50,820 bases of DNA from Saprospira grandis DSM 2844 (lineage in GTDB: Bacteria > Bacteroidota > Bacteroidia > Chitinophagales > Saprospiraceae). Of this stretch, positions 27,473 through 37,897 are shown piece after piece (the first letter of the stretch is position 1; each line of letters starts with the position of its first letter). The translations under genes and the position numbers were made by a program. The DNA is taken from assembly GCF_000275825.1 (NCBI RefSeq), contig NZ_JH719942.1, positions 1,124,988 through 1,175,807 on the forward strand. The letters run 5' to 3'. The notes below the pieces were generated by a model, which worked only from the letters and a program-made list of their open reading frames with translations, searched no databases and was not told the DNA's origin.

Positions 27473-30400
27473 TTAAGGCTTAACGACTTCAAAGTTCAGT
27501 TGGCTTTGCACGGCCTCGATATGAACATTGAGGTAATAAGTACCTGCGGGTAGGTTTTGGATAGCATCTAGGGTAATGAGGTCGCCGGGGCGGACTGTTT
27601 GGCTGCTGCTAAAGACCTGGCGGCCAAGCACATCTAGGAGTTTGAAATTCACTTTACTGCTAGTTTTGAGCTGGCTAAAGCGGATATTCACAAAATCGCT
27701 AGCGGGATTCGGGAAGACTGAAATATCGACACTTTCGGCTTCTGTATTATTTACTGCGCGGACTTCAGAGTACTCAAAGTCTCCGTTGAAATCGACTTGT
27801 CGTAGGCGGTAGTAAGTAGTATTCTCGTAGCTATTGTTATCGGTATAGCTATAGTAATTGGTTGTAGTGCTATTACCTTGACCTTGGACAAAATCGATTT
27901 GGCTAAAGTCGGTTTCATAGTCAAACATGCGTTCTACCTCAAAGCCTTGGTTATCTCTTTCTGTTTCGCTGGCCCAAGAGAGGAGCACTGTAGAAGAAGA
28001 CTGGCGTTCGGCATTGAAGAAGAGCCATTCGATGGGGAAATCGACATAAGTATTGGCATCGCGCCAGTCATTATCGTCGAGTCCGTCATTGTTGGGAGTT
28101 GGAGCGGTAGTACCGAGAGCGCTACCATTCACATTATCGTCGAAGATATCGGCGAGGCCATCATTATCGGCATCGATCCAGAAAGGAGAGTTAGGATCGA
28201 GGAAAGGAGGTGTTTGGTTATTGGTATAGCCATTTCCGTTGAGGTTATCTAGCCAATCGGGTAGGCCATCTCCATCGCTATCGGGATTGGGATAGTGAGC
28301 GGGATTACCGCCGTTGGCGACATAGGCTGCGGCCATTTGGATAATTTCGTCGGCGGCATTGCCATCGCCGGCGGTGGCGGTACCGAAGCCATTATCGAAG
28401 CCTTCGGCCCAGTCATAGCCGCTATCATTATCAGCATCGAGATCTAGATAATCTGCGGGAGCGCTGCCGTCATTATTATCCTCATTGGGCGTAGCGCCGA
28501 TATTTGCGCCTGTAGTTTGGTTAGCGGCATCTAGGCCTTCGTAGATATCGAGTACTCCGTTACCGTTAGCATCGGTGCCAGAAGGCGTCATGCCGAAGGT
28601 GGGGCAAGTAGAGCAAACGGCTTCTAGATAATCTGGAATACCGTCATTATCGGCATCGATATCATAGAGGTCGGCAATACCGTCGGCATCTGTATCCAAG
28701 AGATTGATAGTTCCATTTTGGAGGTCAGACCAGCCGTCGCCATTAGCGTCGGTAATGGGACCATCTTCAATTTGGCCATCGAGGGTACCGTTGCTGGGAG
28801 AATCGGTATTAGCGGCTCCGGTTACTGCGCCTGCTGCGGCTTCGACTACATCTGTAATTCCGTCATTATCGCTATCGAGATCGAGGAAATTGGGAGTAGC
28901 GTCGGCATCTGCGTTAGCATTTGGATAGCTATCGGGAGTGCCATCATTGTTATTGTCGGCGCCAGTCAAGATGAGTACGGCAGCGCTATTATCGGCGGTA
29001 CCATCATTATTGGGGTCACCGTCTAGGGCATCGGCAAAGCCATCGCCATCGGCATCGGTAAATGTATCTACGCGGCCATTGCCATCGGCATCGGTTCCAG
29101 CAGCTTCCAAGATATCTTGGATTCCATCGTTATCGCTATCGAGGTCATAGATATTGAGGAGGCCATCGGCATCGAAATCGCCATTGGGGTAAGTATCGGC
29201 TTGGCCGTCGTTGTTACTATCGGTTCCGGTAAGGATAAGAGCTTGAGCGCTATTCTCGGCGGTACCGTCATTTCCGACATCGCCATCGAGGATATCATGC
29301 AGGCCGTCGTTATCGGTATCGACAAAGTCGTCGGCAAAACCGTCTCCGTTGGTATCGGTTCCGCCAGCTTCTACCACATCGGCGATACCATCATTATCGC
29401 TATCGAGGTCATAGATATTGAGGAGACCGTCGTTATCTGCGTCGCCATTGGGATAATTATCGGGGGCACCGTCATTATTGACATCATTGCCTGTAAGGAT
29501 AAGAGCTTGAGCGCTATTCTCGGTGGTACCGTCGTTTCCGACATCGCCATCGAGGACATCATGCAGGCCGTCATTATCGGTATCGCTGAAATTATCGGCT
29601 AGGCCATCTCCGTTCGTATCGGTTCCGCCGGCTTCTACCAGATCGGTAATACCGTCATTATCGCTATCGAGGTCTAGTTGGTTGGGGATACCGTCACCAT
29701 CGACATCATTGTTAGGATAGCTATCAGCTAGGCCATCATTATTATTATCGGCGCCAGTAAGTTGGAGCGCATTAGCGGTATTTTCGGCGGTACCATCGTT
29801 TCCGACATCGCCATCAACAGCATCATGAAAACCATCGCCATCGGTATCGACAAAGTTATCGATTCGGCCATCGCCATCGGCATCAGTTCCGCCGGCTTCT
29901 ACGGCATCAGGAATACCGTCATTATCGCTATCGAGGTCATAGATATCTAAGATACCGTCAGCGTCAGAATCACCATTAAGATAACTATCGGCTAGGCCAT
30001 CATTATTATTATCGGCGCCAGTAAGTTGGAGCGCATTAGCGGTATTTTCTGCTGTGCCATCATTTCCTACATCCCCATCGACGACATCATGAAAGCCATC
30101 GCCATCGGTATCTGTAAAAGCATCTATTTGGCCATTACCGTCAGTATCTTCACCTCCAATTTCTACTAAATCAGGAATACCATCATTATCAGAATCTAGA
30201 TCTAAGCTATTCGGAATACCATCATTATCAGAATCTAAACCAGTAATTAAATTCCCGGCAGTACCGGTACCAATATAACTAACCTCCATATTAGAGATAC
30301 AAGAGGCCACTCCAGAGCAAAGAGATGGGTCTACATCTGTAGTTGTATTCATAATTATAACAACAACACCGTCGTCATTAGCGGTATTCCAAGAAGCAGT

Positions 30401-32491
30401 AGGAATACTAATAGGATTCATATCCATAGCAGGACTACCACAATTTGCATAAGCAGTATTGCTAGAATTTTGACGATTAAAAGGGCCTAAGATAGTTCCA
30501 TCCTCTAACTCTAGCGTAAAACTAGCGGCATCTGTGCCATAAGCACCCGACAAAGAAAAGGACAAAGAGGGAGCTACTGCTACATCTAAAGTATTGACAC
30601 TAAAACTAAGTGTATGGCTAGGCCCAACAGTATTCCGGCATTCATCTGAATAAGTTGCAGTAGATGCTCCACCAATCTCATCATCATAGATATCAACTAA
30701 ACCATCGCCATCTATATCTAGATCAGAGTCAACTTGGCCATCACCATCAGTATCAACTCCGCCAGCCTCTACAATATCTGGAATACCATCATTATCGGCA
30801 TCTAAGTCTACATGATCGGGAGAACCATCACCATCGGCATCAAAATTAGCACAAACACTATTAGAGATACCAGAGCAATAAGGAAAATCTACATCAGAAT
30901 AATTTGGGACACCATCGCCATCTAAGTCTCCAGAAGGATCTGGCAGACCATCTGCACAGTCCCAACCATTTACTCCCGCAAAAACATCTGCGCAGAAATT
31001 GGGATCAGCATAATCTGGTGTACCATCGCCATCATGATCTCCATTATAGATTTCTACAATATCCAGAACGCCATCATTGTCATCATCAATATCACAGGCA
31101 CTCAAAAGGTTATCTTCATCAATTTCTGTAGTATAGTTGGGGTTCTGAATAGGTACATATAAAGAAACAGATCCACCAGCAGTTCCATCAACTGATCCAT
31201 TTCTAGCACCATTAGTATGTTCACCTCCAGCACCACCATCAGAAATAAAAGTAAGATTGGTAGGTATAGAAGCCAGAGAGTATAACAAGGCTCCGCCACC
31301 GCCGCCACCACCTGGTCCATGCTCATTCGTGGTATTCAAATTTTGACCATCTCCTCCAGATACATTTACACTTAACAAGCCTTCATAAACTTGTGTTTTA
31401 AGAACAACGCTACCTCCAGCGCCTCCTCCGCCACCACCATCTGGGGCACCCACAGGATTTACAGCCACAGGAGTGGTCCCTCGAACATTGATAGTGTAGC
31501 CGTTTCCAACAATCGTATCCGCAAAAACAATTACAATTCCACCACCATCAGCAGCAGAAGAAGGGTTATTTGTAGATACCCAACCAGGTCCACCAGCACC
31601 ACCCAAGAACACTTTATCTTGAGCAAGATAGCTGTTTAAAGCAGCTCCACCTATACCTCCAGCAGGATCAACTTTATTGCACCAACGATTACCTCCATTT
31701 CCACCTTCACCATAGTTACTTCCGCCTCCTCCTCCAGAGTCACCAGAAGCACCAGAACCACCACCATTGGCCCGCTTTCCACGTCCATGGTTGGTAGCTG
31801 GATCATCTACAACAATACCACTCCCTTTTTCCCATGCTTCAATAGCTGTATTTGGTAGCGTATATTGAAGAGTTGGATCAATGGTACAGTTGTCTGGGCT
31901 TCCATTAACCGTCATTTGAATACCTTGATACCCCTTTCCTAAAAGATCAATATCCGCATTCAATACCAATTTATCCGTCACCAAGGCCAAAACCCCACCA
32001 ACACCATTCGTCTCACTCCAATCTTGAGCCGTCAAAGTAGAGTTGACCTCCACTACATTGTTTCCATAATCTGGAATCCGCACAACTTGCACCACTCCAG
32101 TTACATCATAATTCCGAATCAATGAATATTTAGGCGTCAATACATTTCCGGTAATACTCCCAATTTCAAAAAATTCATAGTTACCCGCCTCGTTAATATT
32201 CAAAATATCTCCTGAAGCAGATGTATTCGTCACATCTATATCCGCTCCCTTCATCTGAATAATCAAGGCCTTATCCCCAGCTGCAAAAGCCGAAGGGTCT
32301 TGCACCGTAATAGTATGCGCACAGGCCTGATCACAGGGATCGCATACGGGTAAATTTAACGATGTTACTGCCGTATAGTCATTGATAATCCCCCCAATGC
32401 TCACCTGAGCAATGGCAGAGCCCCCATACAACAAACAGAAAGCAAGGACAAAAACTGCCCTCCTTAAGTAGTTTGTAATTTTCACGTTCAT
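27473..32491 (-). CDS. Giant secreted calcium-binding repeat adhesin (thrombospondin type-3 repeats) with T9SS C-terminal sorting domain
   Basis: 1672 aa. It has a signal peptide, Gly-rich segments, more than 20 DxDxDGxxDxxD/DNDGIPD repeats and a C-terminal Por_Secre_tail (VFPNPASDFVNIRF...). The internal DNA units of about 270 bp are near-identical. Confidence 0.85.
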   Translation of the reverse strand: MNVKITNYLRRAVFVLAFCLLYGGSAIAQVSIGGIINDYTAVTSLNLPVCDPCDQACAHTITVQDPSAFAAGDKALIIQMKGADIDVTNTSASGDILNINEAGNYEFFEIGSITGNVLTPKYSLIRNYDVTGVVQVVRIPDYGNNVVEVNSTLTAQDWSETNGVGGVLALVTDKLVLNADIDLLGKGYQGIQMTVNGSPDNCTIDPTLQYTLPNTAIEAWEKGSGIVVDDPATNHGRGKRANGGGSGASGDSGGGGGSNYGEGGNGGNRWCNKVDPAGGIGGAALNSYLAQDKVFLGGAGGPGWVSTNNPSSAADGGGIVIVFADTIVGNGYTINVRGTTPVAVNPVGAPDGGGGGGAGGSVVLKTQVYEGLLSVNVSGGDGQNLNTTNEHGPGGGGGGGALLYSLASIPTNLTFISDGGAGGEHTNGARNGSVDGTAGGSVSLYVPIQNPNYTTEIDEDNLLSACDIDDDNDGVLDIVEIYNGDHDGDGTPDYADPNFCADVFAGVNGWDCADGLPDPSGDLDGDGVPNYSDVDFPYCSGISNSVCANFDADGDGSPDHVDLDADNDGIPDIVEAGGVDTDGDGQVDSDLDIDGDGLVDIYDDEIGGASTATYSDECRNTVGPSHTLSFSVNTLDVAVAPSLSFSLSGAYGTDAASFTLELEDGTILGPFNRQNSSNTAYANCGSPAMDMNPISIPTASWNTANDDGVVVIIMNTTTDVDPSLCSGVASCISNMEVSYIGTGTAGNLITGLDSDNDGIPNSLDLDSDNDGIPDLVEIGGEDTDGNGQIDAFTDTDGDGFHDVVDGDVGNDGTAENTANALQLTGADNNNDGLADSYLNGDSDADGILDIYDLDSDNDGIPDAVEAGGTDADGDGRIDNFVDTDGDGFHDAVDGDVGNDGTAENTANALQLTGADNNNDGLADSYPNNDVDGDGIPNQLDLDSDNDGITDLVEAGGTDTNGDGLADNFSDTDNDGLHDVLDGDVGNDGTTENSAQALILTGNDVNNDGAPDNYPNGDADNDGLLNIYDLDSDNDGIADVVEAGGTDTNGDGFADDFVDTDNDGLHDILDGDVGNDGTAENSAQALILTGTDSNNDGQADTYPNGDFDADGLLNIYDLDSDNDGIQDILEAAGTDADGNGRVDTFTDADGDGFADALDGDPNNDGTADNSAAVLILTGADNNNDGTPDSYPNANADADATPNFLDLDSDNDGITDVVEAAAGAVTGAANTDSPSNGTLDGQIEDGPITDANGDGWSDLQNGTINLLDTDADGIADLYDIDADNDGIPDYLEAVCSTCPTFGMTPSGTDANGNGVLDIYEGLDAANQTTGANIGATPNEDNNDGSAPADYLDLDADNDSGYDWAEGFDNGFGTATAGDGNAADEIIQMAAAYVANGGNPAHYPNPDSDGDGLPDWLDNLNGNGYTNNQTPPFLDPNSPFWIDADNDGLADIFDDNVNGSALGTTAPTPNNDGLDDNDWRDANTYVDFPIEWLFFNAERQSSSTVLLSWASETERDNQGFEVERMFDYETDFSQIDFVQGQGNSTTTNYYSYTDNNSYENTTYYRLRQVDFNGDFEYSEVRAVNNTEAESVDISVFPNPASDFVNIRFSQLKTSSKVNFKLLDVLGRQVFSSSQTVRPGDLITLDAIQNLPAGTYYLNVHIEAVQSQLNFEVVKP

Positions 32492-32536
32492 CTAAATGCT
32501 GTTAAAATGTGTTTGATAAAATGCTTATGTAATTTA

Positions 32537-32690
32537 TTTTTGGGGCTGCCCCGCCCTGCGGGCGGGTCGGGCTGTGTCGCAGCTCGCTACTCGCTCGGCC
32601 CTGCAGCAGCAAAGCTGCTTGGGTCTGCCGCCTTCGGCGGCCCTGCTTTCCATCCCTCAGCCAGTCGCTTCGCTCCTTAAAGAATAACTC
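32537..32690 (+). repeat. Family A repeat, copy 13 (forward, CATCCCTCAGCC subtype)
   Basis: ttttggggctgccccgccctgcgggcgggtcgggctgtgtcgcagctcgctactcgctcggccc... It lies 46 nt upstream of the adhesin start codon. Confidence 0.85.
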
Positions 32691-33149
32691 CTAGCTTTTT
32701 ACTCCATCCAATCTGTATGCGCCCTAAAAAGAGCACAAATATATACTTCTTTATTAGCTCTAGTCAATATAAAAATTAAACTCATTGCGTAATAAAATTA
32801 TTTTGACGGCAAAAAAAAACCAATATCTCCAAATAAAAAATCAAACAACCTCTATTTTACAGTTTTTTATACTACCTTAAGCTAGAACCTAAATTTATTT
32901 CAGTAATAAATTCAACTCATACAAGAGATCACTTTGCTCTGAAAAGTCACTTTTTTTAGCTCTTATTTTTATATATTTTTTTCTTAAAGCTTAATTCTTG
33001 TCAAGGATAAGTCGCTATACCGTTTATTGCCCATATTTCTACGGTAAAATTACTAGACACTTTGCCTCTTTTATTGCCCTCTCTGCCCTTACGACTATTT
33101 TGTACCTACGGACTTCAAAACAGAAATAAAAACCTGATAATCAAAAAAA

Positions 33150-33195
33150 AAGGGTGGACAGCTATTTAAATAGCTTGCCCCAAGCGGCTTCTTTT
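33150..33195 (-). terminator. Probable terminator downstream of the OmpA-family gene
   Basis: The palindrome agctatttaaatagct is followed on the minus strand by gtccaccctttttttttg. Confidence 0.4.
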
Positions 33196-33200
33196 GGTCC

Positions 33201-35141
33201 CTAACGATTAAGGATAATGATTTCTACCTTTCGCTTTTGGTGTTTGGCCATATTGCTTTCTATTACGCCTCGGCCATCGGTAGTAATTTGGGCGCTTGTA
33301 ATGCCCAGTTCTTTCATAAACTTGGTGACATAACCCGCCCGCTTCTGCGAAAGGGATAAATTGAACTCCTTATCCCCCACATCATCGGCAAAGCCTGTTA
33401 CCTGAATTTTTAGATTTTCAGGATCTTCAAATTGCTCTAGTAGTTTTTGTATTTGCTCCTTTTGCAGCTCGCTCAAATCATATTTTCCCGTCTCAAAGTA
33501 GACCGATAGGTTTTTGCGCAAACGAGGCTTTGGCGGCTCGGCCATTACGGGCTCTTCTTCAGGGAGTTTTCCGTTGGGGCTTAGTTGTACATCTATTCGC
33601 TTGATCGCTTCTCCAGCCGCTCGCTCAAAATAGTCGGCCCCAATAAAGTTATCATAGCCCTCTTTAGAAATAATATAGGAGTAAGAAGCTCCACTAGGCA
33701 AACAAAGAAAAAACCGGCCCGCCTTATCTGTTTCAAAGATGCCAATATTTTCGCCTTCATTTCTCAGGCGAACTCTGGCTCCTGCCAAAGGTTCGGAGCT
33801 GGCTTCATCATAGAGGTAGCCATCCAAAAATACATGTTCTACGGCAGGGGCCATAGCGGCGGGGATATGGCAGCTATAAAGGTCCAAACCGCCTTTTCCT
33901 TCAGGTCGATCAGAAGAAAAGTAGGCATACTCGCCATCAGGAGAGACCACAATGCCCGCTTCTCGGAAGGGAGAGTTGACGCCCTCGCCCATATTTACTG
34001 GTCTAGACCATTCTCCATTTTCTAATAATAAGGTCCGAAAAGCATCGGCTTCGCCCAATCCCGGATGTCCATCAGACACAAAGTAAAGGGTTTGGCCATC
34101 TGGAGCAATAAAAGGGGCTTCTTCATCTCCTTCCGTATTGATTTTTGGTCCAAGATTTTCGGGAACGCCCCAGCGGCCATTGGCCATTAGGTCAGAAACC
34201 CAGATATCGCTACCGCCAAATCCTCCTTCTCTAGTAGAGACAAAGTACATTTTATAGCCATCGCAACTAATAGAGGGTTGAGAGTCCCAGGCTTCGCTAT
34301 TGAGGCCTACTGCTGGCCCCACGCTATCTACAATTTCATTTTCGCTATCATATTCGGCCACATAAATATCGCAGCCACCCTGCACATTTTCCCAGGCACA
34401 GGCGGCAAAGAAAATCCGTCGACCACAAACCGTAAACTTGGCCATACCTTCATTATAAGGCGTATTGATGGCTGGTCCAATAGATTTTGGCGATTTCCAT
34501 TCGCCTTTATCGTTTTTGCGCAGCATCAGAATATCTTCATCTCCCGAGCGGTTAGAGGTATAGAGGAGCATATCGCCATTGGCCCTCAAGGTGGGCAAAA
34601 ACTCATCAAATTTGGAGTTGGCCATGCCGGGCAAAAGCTCGGCCTTGCCCGTAGAGCCGGTATATTCCATTTCTATAGCATATTCGCAGCTCTTAATATT
34701 TCGGTCCAAATACGCATCGTAATTTCGGGCGGCACCTTCTTCCTTGATGCTATAGTTTTTGGGGTCTGCATATTTATAGAGCTCAAAGTACTCTAAGGCT
34801 TTGATATAGTTATAGGCTTTCATCTGTAGTTCGGCGGCCTCAAAATAGGCGGCTCTAGACAAGAGTGGATTTTGCTTAAAGAGCCGTTCATAGGCCATTC
34901 TGGCCGTTTCATAATCGCCTGTTTCTTTGGCCACCACCCCTAGCAAGCGCTGAGCCGCAGCAAAGTTGGGCTTTTGCTTAACCGCCTGTTTTAGACTAGC
35001 TGTTGCTGCCTCATATTTGGCATTATTAAAATAGTATTCGGCATCTTCCATATGTTCTTTGGCCGATTTGCGCAGGGGCTGGCCCCTAAGACTGAGGCTA
35101 CAGAAGAGCAGCAAAAAAAGGAGGTGTATAGCTTTCATCAT
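33201..35141 (-). CDS. OmpA-family protein with TPR repeats and TolB-like beta-propeller region
   Basis: Signal peptide, then N-terminal TPR-like helices, then a C-terminal OmpA/MotB peptidoglycan-binding domain (FADDVGDKEFNLSLSQKRAGYV). Confidence 0.8.
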   Translation of the reverse strand: MMKAIHLLFLLLFCSLSLRGQPLRKSAKEHMEDAEYYFNNAKYEAATASLKQAVKQKPNFAAAQRLLGVVAKETGDYETARMAYERLFKQNPLLSRAAYFEAAELQMKAYNYIKALEYFELYKYADPKNYSIKEEGAARNYDAYLDRNIKSCEYAIEMEYTGSTGKAELLPGMANSKFDEFLPTLRANGDMLLYTSNRSGDEDILMLRKNDKGEWKSPKSIGPAINTPYNEGMAKFTVCGRRIFFAACAWENVQGGCDIYVAEYDSENEIVDSVGPAVGLNSEAWDSQPSISCDGYKMYFVSTREGGFGGSDIWVSDLMANGRWGVPENLGPKINTEGDEEAPFIAPDGQTLYFVSDGHPGLGEADAFRTLLLENGEWSRPVNMGEGVNSPFREAGIVVSPDGEYAYFSSDRPEGKGGLDLYSCHIPAAMAPAVEHVFLDGYLYDEASSEPLAGARVRLRNEGENIGIFETDKAGRFFLCLPSGASYSYIISKEGYDNFIGADYFERAAGEAIKRIDVQLSPNGKLPEEEPVMAEPPKPRLRKNLSVYFETGKYDLSELQKEQIQKLLEQFEDPENLKIQVTGFADDVGDKEFNLSLSQKRAGYVTKFMKELGITSAQITTDGRGVIESNMAKHQKRKVEIIILNR

Positions 35142-35171
35142 GATTATTGTTTGCCTTAGTTTGTTTGGCGG

Positions 35172-35358
35172 TCAGGGCGGGCCGAAGGCCCGCCGGCCTA
35201 GCGATGTGCAGCAGTGCGGCGCAGCCGCAGACCAAGGCCGTCAGGCCGCAGGGCCGAGCGAGTAGCGAGCTGCGAAACGACAACAAGGTCTTTAGACCGC
35301 AGTTCGACGACCGAAGGGAGTAACCGCCGACGACCGAAGGGAGGCGGAGGCCCCAAAT
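35172..35358 (-). repeat. Family A repeat, copy 14 (reverse; with module X)
   Basis: ggcctagcgatgtgcagc...gggccgagcgagtagcgagctgcgaaacgacaacaaggtctttagaccgcagttcgacgaccgaagggagtaaccgcc...ggaggccccaaat. Confidence 0.8.
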
Positions 35359-35431
35359 CTCCTACAGCATTTTATAATAAACGCTTCTGCCATAAAAAAA
35401 AGGGCCAAAAGGCCCTAAAGTTCTCTTAAAA

Positions 35432-35989
35432 TCAGCCTCTTGGCTTCCAAAGTACTTCTTCTGCCTGATGGCAATGGGCGGCAAAGCGGCCAAAAATAAA
35501 GAGATAATCGGATAGGCGATTGAGGTATTGCAAGACCACCGCAGGCAGGGCTTGTTCTTCATTTAGGGCCACGGCTAGGCGCTCGGCACGGCGGCAAACC
35601 GTGCGGGCAATATTGGCCCGAGACACCTGAGGGTGGCCGCCTGGCAAAACAAAATTTTTGAGTGGGGCCAAATGTTCATCCATGGCATCCATCCAGTTTT
35701 CGAGCTGCAAGACATCCTCGGGCAAAACATCGGGTTGCTTGACCTTATCGGCCTTTTCGGGGCTGGTGGCCATGATGGTCCCTAGGCTAAACAAACGCTC
35801 CTGAATCTTCAAAAGCTGCTGCCGCTGTTCTTCCTGCTCGCAAAAATCTCTTAATAGGCCTAAGTTCGCATTTAGCTCATCTAGGCTGCCATAGGCCTCA
35901 ATTCTCAAATGGTATTTGGGTAGGCGCCCCCCGCCCCAAAGTGCGGTAGTTCCCTTATCTCCAGTTTTGGTATAAATCTTAAACGACAT
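35432..35989 (-). CDS. PduO-type ATP:cob(I)alamin adenosyltransferase
   Basis: KIYTKTGDKGTTAL is the N-terminal signature of PduO-type adenosyltransferases; 185 aa. Confidence 0.85.
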   Translation of the reverse strand: MSFKIYTKTGDKGTTALWGGGRLPKYHLRIEAYGSLDELNANLGLLRDFCEQEEQRQQLLKIQERLFSLGTIMATSPEKADKVKQPDVLPEDVLQLENWMDAMDEHLAPLKNFVLPGGHPQVSRANIARTVCRRAERLAVALNEEQALPAVVLQYLNRLSDYLFIFGRFAAHCHQAEEVLWKPRG

Positions 35990-35995
35990 AATTTA

Positions 35996-36562
35996 CTATA
36001 CTTCTCCCTTTTGCTCTCGATAGCGCTTATAGGCCTTAATGCCCATCATCAGGCTTATTCCAAAGGCAATCAAACTCAAAAAGGCAATCAAAAAATCAGT
36101 TCTACTTTTATAAACGGCCAACAAAACAATGGCCAAGAGCAAGAGGGTGGCAATCTCATTGTACATCCGAAATTTGGCCGAACTCATCACAAATTCATTG
36201 CGGGCCAAACGCTGCATAATGCCCTTACTATAATAATGATACCCAACCAAAAGCACAATAAACCCCAGCTTCCAGTGCATCCAAATATTGGCCACAAACC
36301 AATCCCAACCATAATAAAAGAGCATCATACTGCCCCCCAAAAAGGTAATAAACATGGCTGGCGTCATAATAATATGATACAATCGGCGCTGCATAATGGC
36401 GTATTGCTCTGTCAAAATTCCCCGCTCCGCCTCGGGCCGCTCCAAAGCCTCGGTATGATAAATAAATAGACGAGGCAGGTAAAATAGGGCCGCAAACCAG
36501 CTAATGAGCCCAATAAAGTGAATAACTTTACCCAAGTTATAAAGCCATGGCGTATCAAACAT
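35996..36562 (-). CDS. hemJ: Protoporphyrinogen IX oxidase HemJ
   Basis: WFAALFYLPRLFIYH is characteristic of HemJ (UPF0093). The protein is a 188-aa polytopic membrane protein. Confidence 0.75.
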   Translation of the reverse strand: MFDTPWLYNLGKVIHFIGLISWFAALFYLPRLFIYHTEALERPEAERGILTEQYAIMQRRLYHIIMTPAMFITFLGGSMMLFYYGWDWFVANIWMHWKLGFIVLLVGYHYYSKGIMQRLARNEFVMSSAKFRMYNEIATLLLLAIVLLAVYKSRTDFLIAFLSLIAFGISLMMGIKAYKRYREQKGEV

Positions 36563-36629
36563 ATTGCTTAGTTATTTTTTTTTCAAGGGCGAAGATAAGG
36601 ATTATTAACGCTCAAAATTGTGATTTTCT

Positions 36630-37043
36630 ATGTCTATTCAACATCATTCTATTGCTCTTCAGGCCAAAAACCGAGGATTCCACCTCATTACCACAGAGGT
36701 TTTGCAGCAATTGCCCAAACTTCCCCAAAATGGCCTTTTTCAACTCTTTATTCAACATACTTCGGCTGGCCTGACGATCAACGAGAATGCCGACCCCGAT
36801 GTCCGTATGGATTTTGAAACGATTTTCAACCGCCTGGTCCCCGAAAACCAACAAGGCCTCTTGCATACCCTAGAAGGCCCCGACGATATGCCCGCCCACA
36901 TTAAAACCGCTTTCACAGGCACAAGTTTAAGTATTCCCATTATTCAAGGCCAACTCGCCCTAGGAACTTGGCAGGGGCTCTATCTTTGCGAGTTTAGAAA
37001 CTATGGTGGCCGCCGAAAACTGATCGCTACAATTATAGATTAG
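36630..37043 (+). CDS. YjbQ-family protein (UPF0047, secondary thiamine-phosphate synthase-like)
   Basis: 137 aa, typical of YjbQ family members (TSAGLTINENADPDVRMDFE...). Confidence 0.8.
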   Translation: MSIQHHSIALQAKNRGFHLITTEVLQQLPKLPQNGLFQLFIQHTSAGLTINENADPDVRMDFETIFNRLVPENQQGLLHTLEGPDDMPAHIKTAFTGTSLSIPIIQGQLALGTWQGLYLCEFRNYGGRRKLIATIID

Positions 37044-37045
37044 GA

Positions 37046-37190
37046 TTTGGGGCCTCCGCCTCGCTGCGCTCGTCGGCGCTACGCTTTGGGGCTCGCAGGT
37101 CTGCTCGGCCCTTCGCCAGCAAGCTGGCTCGGTCTGGCCTAACGGCCACCCCACCGCATCGCTAGGCCAGGCTGGCCTTCGGCCAGCCTT
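37046..37190 (+). repeat. Family A repeat, copy 15 (forward, CATCGCTAGGCC subtype)
   Basis: ttggggcctccgcc...cgctacgctttggggctcgcaggtctgctcggccc...ggtctggcctaacggccacc...catcgctaggccaggctggccttcggccagcc. Confidence 0.8.
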
Positions 37191-37320
37191 CTAGATCCAA
37201 ACAGATTTGGCCCTTTCTACAGACTTTTGTAATTTTTTAGGCCCTTTGGGCTAACCATCATCCCCTTTGGGGTATTATTCATTGAGCTCACAAGCTTGCC
37301 CCCCCAGAAACCTCTTTTTT

Positions 37321-37893
37321 ATGGATATTTCAATTGCGGCCCTTCGGGCTGGAGACCAAAGCGCCTACAAAGCCCTCTATGAACAGGCCTATTGGTATTG
37401 TGCTAGTTATTTGCTCCAACAGGGCGCCCAAGAAACCGATGCCAAAGCTACTTTTAATCGGGCCCTAGAGATTTTTTGGACCAAAATGCAAACGCCCGAT
37501 TTCGAGCTCAGTTGCCAACCCAAAACTTATCTCTATGCCGTTTGCCGAAACCTCTGGCTCAAACAGCTCCGCAAACGAAAGAAAAACCCCATCCTCCAAG
37601 ATGAGGAACGCCTGCTGCAAGAGCCCCTCCCCCATTTGGTCCAAGAAGAGGTCTATTTTTTAGAGGAAGAAGAGGCCGACCCCCTACTTATGACCGCCAT
37701 GAAAGCCCTAAGTAGCATGAAGAATACCGATTGCCAAAAAGTGCTGGAGCTCTACTATTTTGAGAAGAAGTCGCATCGAGAAATTGAGCAAATTATGGGC
37801 TTTGCCGATAATTACTCTAAGGTCAAGAAAAATAGCTGTATCAAACAGCTCAAAAAACAATTGCTGCGCCTACTGGGCCAGCCCAAAGCTTAA
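37321..37893 (+). CDS. ECF-type RNA polymerase sigma-70 family factor
   Basis: A region-2-like segment (YLYAVCRNLWLKQLRK) and a region-4 HTH (KSHREIEQIMGFADNYSKVKKNSCIKQLK). The start is taken at MDISIAAL. Confidence 0.8.
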   Translation: MDISIAALRAGDQSAYKALYEQAYWYCASYLLQQGAQETDAKATFNRALEIFWTKMQTPDFELSCQPKTYLYAVCRNLWLKQLRKRKKNPILQDEERLLQEPLPHLVQEEVYFLEEEEADPLLMTAMKALSSMKNTDCQKVLELYYFEKKSHREIEQIMGFADNYSKVKKNSCIKQLKKQLLRLLGQPKA

Positions 37894-37897
37894 ACTT

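Noticed and set aside
28704-29950. Multiple short ORFs on the plus strand inside the adhesin repeat region (28718-29026, 29117-29602 and others)
   Set aside because: They are antisense readings of the TSP3-repeat DNA, which lacks stops in several frames because of its Asp/Gly/Ile codon periodicity. They are not independent genes.
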